From Candidatus Eiseniibacteriota bacterium (lineage in GTDB: Bacteria > Eisenbacteria > RBG-16-71-46 > JABDJR01), in contig CAWANH010000029.1 in the NCBI GenBank assembly GCA_963783375.1, forward strand, positions 608,001 through 672,000: 64,000 nt of DNA. The letters run 5' to 3'. The notes below the pieces were generated by a model that saw nothing but the letters and a program-made list of their open reading frames with translations, was not told the DNA's origin and did not search any database. Shown in pieces: positions 60,893-64,000 of the stretch (position 1 is its first letter; each line of letters begins with the position of its first letter). The position numbers were made by a program, and so were the translations under genes.

Positions 60893-62026
60893 CTATTTCC
60901 CCTCCACCTTGCGGGGATCGAGGGCGTCCCGCAACCCATCCCCCAGGAAGTTGAAGGCGAGGACGGTCAGGAAGATGAAGATTCCCGGGGTGAGAATCCA
61001 GGGGAACGAGGTGAGCACCCGGATGCTCTGGGCCTGCTGGAGCATGTTCCCCCAGGAGGCCACCGGCTCCTGGATGCCCGCCCCCAGGAAGGAGAGGGCG
61101 ACCTCCCCCAGGATGTACCCGGGCACGCTCAGGGTGGCGGCCACGATCACGAAGGAGGCGGTGTTGGGGAGGATGTGCCGGACGATGATCCGAAGCGAGG
61201 ACATGCCCAGGGCCTCGGCCGCGGTCACGTACTCGTTCTCCCTGAGGCTCAGCACCATGCCCCGGATGATACGGGCCAGGGAGGCCCAGAGCACCAGGGA
61301 GAGGATGAGAATGATGATCAGGTAGAGAACGTCGGAGCGCATGTCGGCGGGGAACGCGGCCCGAAGGGCCAGGATCAGGTAGAGGGCGGGGATGGACATC
61401 ATGATCTCGGAGAGGCGCATGAGGAGGTTGTCCACCAGCCCCCGGTAGTACCCGGCGATGCCCCCGAACAGGAGCCCCAGGGTGTAGGTGATGATTATGC
61501 CGAAGAGCCCCACCGAGAGGGAGATCCGCCCTCCGAAGAGGAGCCTCGAGAACACGTCGCGGCCGAACTGGTCGGCCCCGAAGAGGAAGACCTTCCCCGG
61601 TGGCTCCACCCCGAAGAGATGGATGTCGGTGGGGATGAACCAGAGGAGCTTGTAGGGCTCGCCGCGGACGAGGAGCTTCACCGGATAGCGCCGGGAGGTG
61701 TCGTCCTCGTAGACGATCCGGAGGCGGTCGGTGAGCCGGGTGCCGTAGACGAACGGGGCGTGCCACCCGCCCTGGGCGTCCTGCAGGTGGATTGCGGTGG
61801 GGGGGTGGAAGAACCGTTCCCGGTCCTGGGTCTCCATGGAGTAGGGAGCGACGAAGGGGGCGAACAGGGCGGTGAGGTAGAAGATGACGAGGACCACCCC
61901 TCCGGCCACCGCGAGCTGGGCCCGCCGGAAGTGCCGCCAGAACACCCGGTAAGGGCTCATCCGGAAGGGAGCGTCCGCCATGCCTTCCGTCCCGGTTCCG
62001 GAGACCCGTTCTTCCAGGGTGGCCAT
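60893..62026 (-). CDS. oppC: Peptide ABC transporter permease (OppC/DppC)
   Basis: [33 protein letters not shown]. Confidence 0.93.
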   Translation of the reverse strand: MATLEERVSGTGTEGMADAPFRMSPYRVFWRHFRRAQLAVAGGVVLVIFYLTALFAPFVAPYSMETQDRERFFHPPTAIHLQDAQGGWHAPFVYGTRLTDRLRIVYEDDTSRRYPVKLLVRGEPYKLLWFIPTDIHLFGVEPPGKVFLFGADQFGRDVFSRLLFGGRISLSVGLFGIIITYTLGLLFGGIAGYYRGLVDNLLMRLSEIMMSIPALYLILALRAAFPADMRSDVLYLIIILILSLVLWASLARIIRGMVLSLRENEYVTAAEALGMSSLRIIVRHILPNTASFVIVAATLSVPGYILGEVALSFLGAGIQEPVASWGNMLQQAQSIRVLTSFPWILTPGIFIFLTVLAFNFLGDGLRDALDPRKVEGK

Positions 62027-62027
62027 G

Positions 62028-62993
62028 TCAGACCTCGATCCGCGGGTCGACCAGGGCCAGGAGGATGTCCGCCACCAGGTTTCCCAGAATGAGCAGGGTC
62101 GAGGCCATGAGCACCGAACCCATGATGAGGTAGAGATCCCGGGCTACCAGAGCGTCGATGGTGATGCGTCCCAGGCCCGGCCAGGACATCACCACTTCCA
62201 CCAGGAACGCCCCGGACAGGAGGCTTCCCAGGGTGTAGCCGAAGAGGGTGATGAGAGGGTTGATGGCGTTTCGCACCGCGTGCTTCACGATCACCGTCCG
62301 CTCGGGGAGGCCCTTGGCCCGGGCGGTGGTCACGTAGTCGGCCCGGAGGACATCGAGGAGGTTTCCCCGCATCTGCCGCATGCGGCTGGCCAGGGGCACC
62401 GTGGCCAGCACCACCGCGGGGAGGAACAGGTGCCTCCCCACGTCCAACATCTTCCCCCACCAGGAGAACTGCTCGTAGTTGAGGCTCTTCATCCCCCCGG
62501 TGGGGAACCACCCGGTCTTGGCCGCGAGGAGGATGAACAGGAGAGCCAGGAAGACCTCGGGGACGGAGATTCCAAGGAAGGCCACGGTGGACGACAGCTT
62601 GTCCAGCCAGGAGTTCTGTTTCACCGCGGCCACGATGCCCAGGGGGACCGCGAACGCCCAGGTGAGGATCGCGGCGGCGGCGGCCAGGATGAAGGTGTTC
62701 AGGAGCGCGGTGCTCAGCACCCCGAACACCGCCTGGTGGCGGGAGAAGGATTCACCGAAGTCCAGGTGCAAAAAGATGTTCTTGAGCCAGGTCAGGTACT
62801 GGATGTACCAGGGTTGATCCAGGCCGAACCGGGCGCGCATGGAGGCGATGGTGGCCTCGCTGACCTGGGGATTGAGCTCCATGGTGGAGAGGAAGTCCCC
62901 CGGCGCGAGCTGCATCACCATGAAGGTGAGGAAGGAGATCCCCAGGAGCACGGGGATCATGTGCAGGAGCCGCTTGACGATGAGCTTGATCAC
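62028..62993 (-). CDS. oppB: Peptide ABC transporter permease (OppB/DppB)
   Basis: GLDQP, DYVTTARAKGL, WPGLG, DPRI. Confidence 0.93.
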   Translation of the reverse strand: MIKLIVKRLLHMIPVLLGISFLTFMVMQLAPGDFLSTMELNPQVSEATIASMRARFGLDQPWYIQYLTWLKNIFLHLDFGESFSRHQAVFGVLSTALLNTFILAAAAAILTWAFAVPLGIVAAVKQNSWLDKLSSTVAFLGISVPEVFLALLFILLAAKTGWFPTGGMKSLNYEQFSWWGKMLDVGRHLFLPAVVLATVPLASRMRQMRGNLLDVLRADYVTTARAKGLPERTVIVKHAVRNAINPLITLFGYTLGSLLSGAFLVEVVMSWPGLGRITIDALVARDLYLIMGSVLMASTLLILGNLVADILLALVDPRIEV

Positions 62994-63002
62994 GTCCCCG
63001 GG

Positions 63003-64000
63003 TCAGTTCCCTGCGCGCTGGGCCGCTTCCCGGTGCGCCCGCTCGGGATCGTAGCTCACCGTCTCGCTCTGCCAGAGCACCCAGGGCCTGAGGACGGTCG
63101 GCTCGAGGCCGGTGAAGTTGTTGCGGACGGCGATGAAGCCGCGTCGGCTCACCGTGTAGATCATGGGAACCTGCTGGGAGATGATGAGCTGGACCTGGTC
63201 GAACACCGCCTTCCGGGCCGCCGGATCCATCATGGACACCTGGGCGTTCATGAGGCTGTCCACCTGGGCCTCCCAGGCCAGGTGCGGATGCTTCTGCTCG
63301 GGGTACCAGAAGTGGGTCTTCCCCGAGGACTTGAACACGTTGGAGGACATGATGGGATCGGGGGGGACGCCCCCGGTGAGGCCCAGCAGAATGGCGTCGT
63401 AGTCGAAGGAATCCCGGAGCTTGGTGATGATGGCGTTGAACTCGCTGGGGGCCATGGTGGCCTTGATGCCGATCTTGGACAGATCGTCCACCAGGATGTT
63501 CCCGGTGGCCACCCGCTCGCGGCTGTCCGCGTTGGTGTAGATCACGAAGGAGATGGGGTGTCCCCCGGCGTCCTCCCGCACCCCATCCCCGTCCCGGTCC
63601 TTCATTCCCGCCTGGTCCAGGAGACTGCGCGCCTTGTCGAGGTCGTAGGTGAATTTCTGGATGTTGGGGTTGTACCACTTCTTGTTCACCGGGGGGATGG
63701 GTCCGTAGAGGGGGTCGGCGGTGCCGTAGTACACCGTCTCGGCGATGGACTTCCGGTCCACCGCGTGGGCCACCGCCCGCCGGAAATCGACGTTCTGGAA
63801 CCAGGCCTCCTTGACCGGGTCCACGTAGGGTTTCCCGGACTTGGGATTCTTCCCGGTGTTCAGGTTGAACCAGACCATGTTCGACCCCATCTCCATTCCC
63901 AGGTCGTACACGGTGTAGTTCCCCGCCTGCTCCCCGTCCTTCATGTGGGCGTAGTCCTCGGCCCGGAAGTAGATCTCGTCCGACTCGCCGCCCTGGAACT
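63003..64000 (-). CDS. oppA: Peptide ABC transporter substrate-binding protein (5' part outside the window)
   Basis: FRRAVAHAVDR, YDLDKARSLL, RDGDGVRE; SBP family 5 C-terminal half. Confidence 0.88.
   Translation of the reverse strand, partial: FQGGESDEIYFRAEDYAHMKDGEQAGNYTVYDLGMEMGSNMVWFNLNTGKNPKSGKPYVDPVKEAWFQNVDFRRAVAHAVDRKSIAETVYYGTADPLYGPIPPVNKKWYNPNIQKFTYDLDKARSLLDQAGMKDRDGDGVREDAGGHPISFVIYTNADSRERVATGNILVDDLSKIGIKATMAPSEFNAIITKLRDSFDYDAILLGLTGGVPPDPIMSSNVFKSSGKTHFWYPEQKHPHLAWEAQVDSLMNAQVSMMDPAARKAVFDQVQLIISQQVPMIYTVSRRGFIAVRNNFTGLEPTVLRPWVLWQSETVSYDPERAHREAAQRAGN

Noticed and set aside
59824-60939. Further N-terminal extension of the oppF ORF (841 aa in the track)
   Set aside because: Overlaps oppD out of frame and is low-complexity; the coupled ATG at 59823 is the plausible start

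Overview
High-GC bacterial chromosome segment. Housekeeping gene order suggests a non-proteobacterial, FCB-like lineage (inference only). Left arm (1-15.9 kb, all minus strand): htrA, truA, orphan ecfT, lnt, Gfo/Idh/MocA oxidoreductase, purM, a membrane HD-GYP cassette with an unannotated 20-aa peptide ORF, pfkB kinase, argS, rsfS, polyprenyl synthase, M23 peptidase and a CCA-adding enzyme. Centre (15.9-56.3 kb): a ~40-kb island with a complete 13-gene T6SS-i core (tssJKLM-tagF; tssABC-hcp-tssEFGH-vgrG). Converging on it is a tightly coupled 14.7-kb plus-strand operon. It encodes two CsgG/FlgO-TPR proteins, a beta-barrel, an FN3/ASH-repeat lipoprotein, two single-chain TssB-TssC fusion sheath paralogues, a DUF922 HExxH protein, a spike-like protein, and a PAAR-like/TM protein between two DUF2169 chaperones. 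A PEGA lipoprotein and a third CsgG paralogue close the other side. Right arm: degenerate membrane histidine kinase, a csp gene with a terminator in its leader, and an opp/dpp ABC operon whose OppF carries an N-terminal membrane domain. About eight single-base frameshifts (24-29 kb and tssG) are probably sequencing errors. No rRNA, tRNA, CRISPR array or mobile element was recognised. All family assignments are by eye from motifs; no database searches were run.
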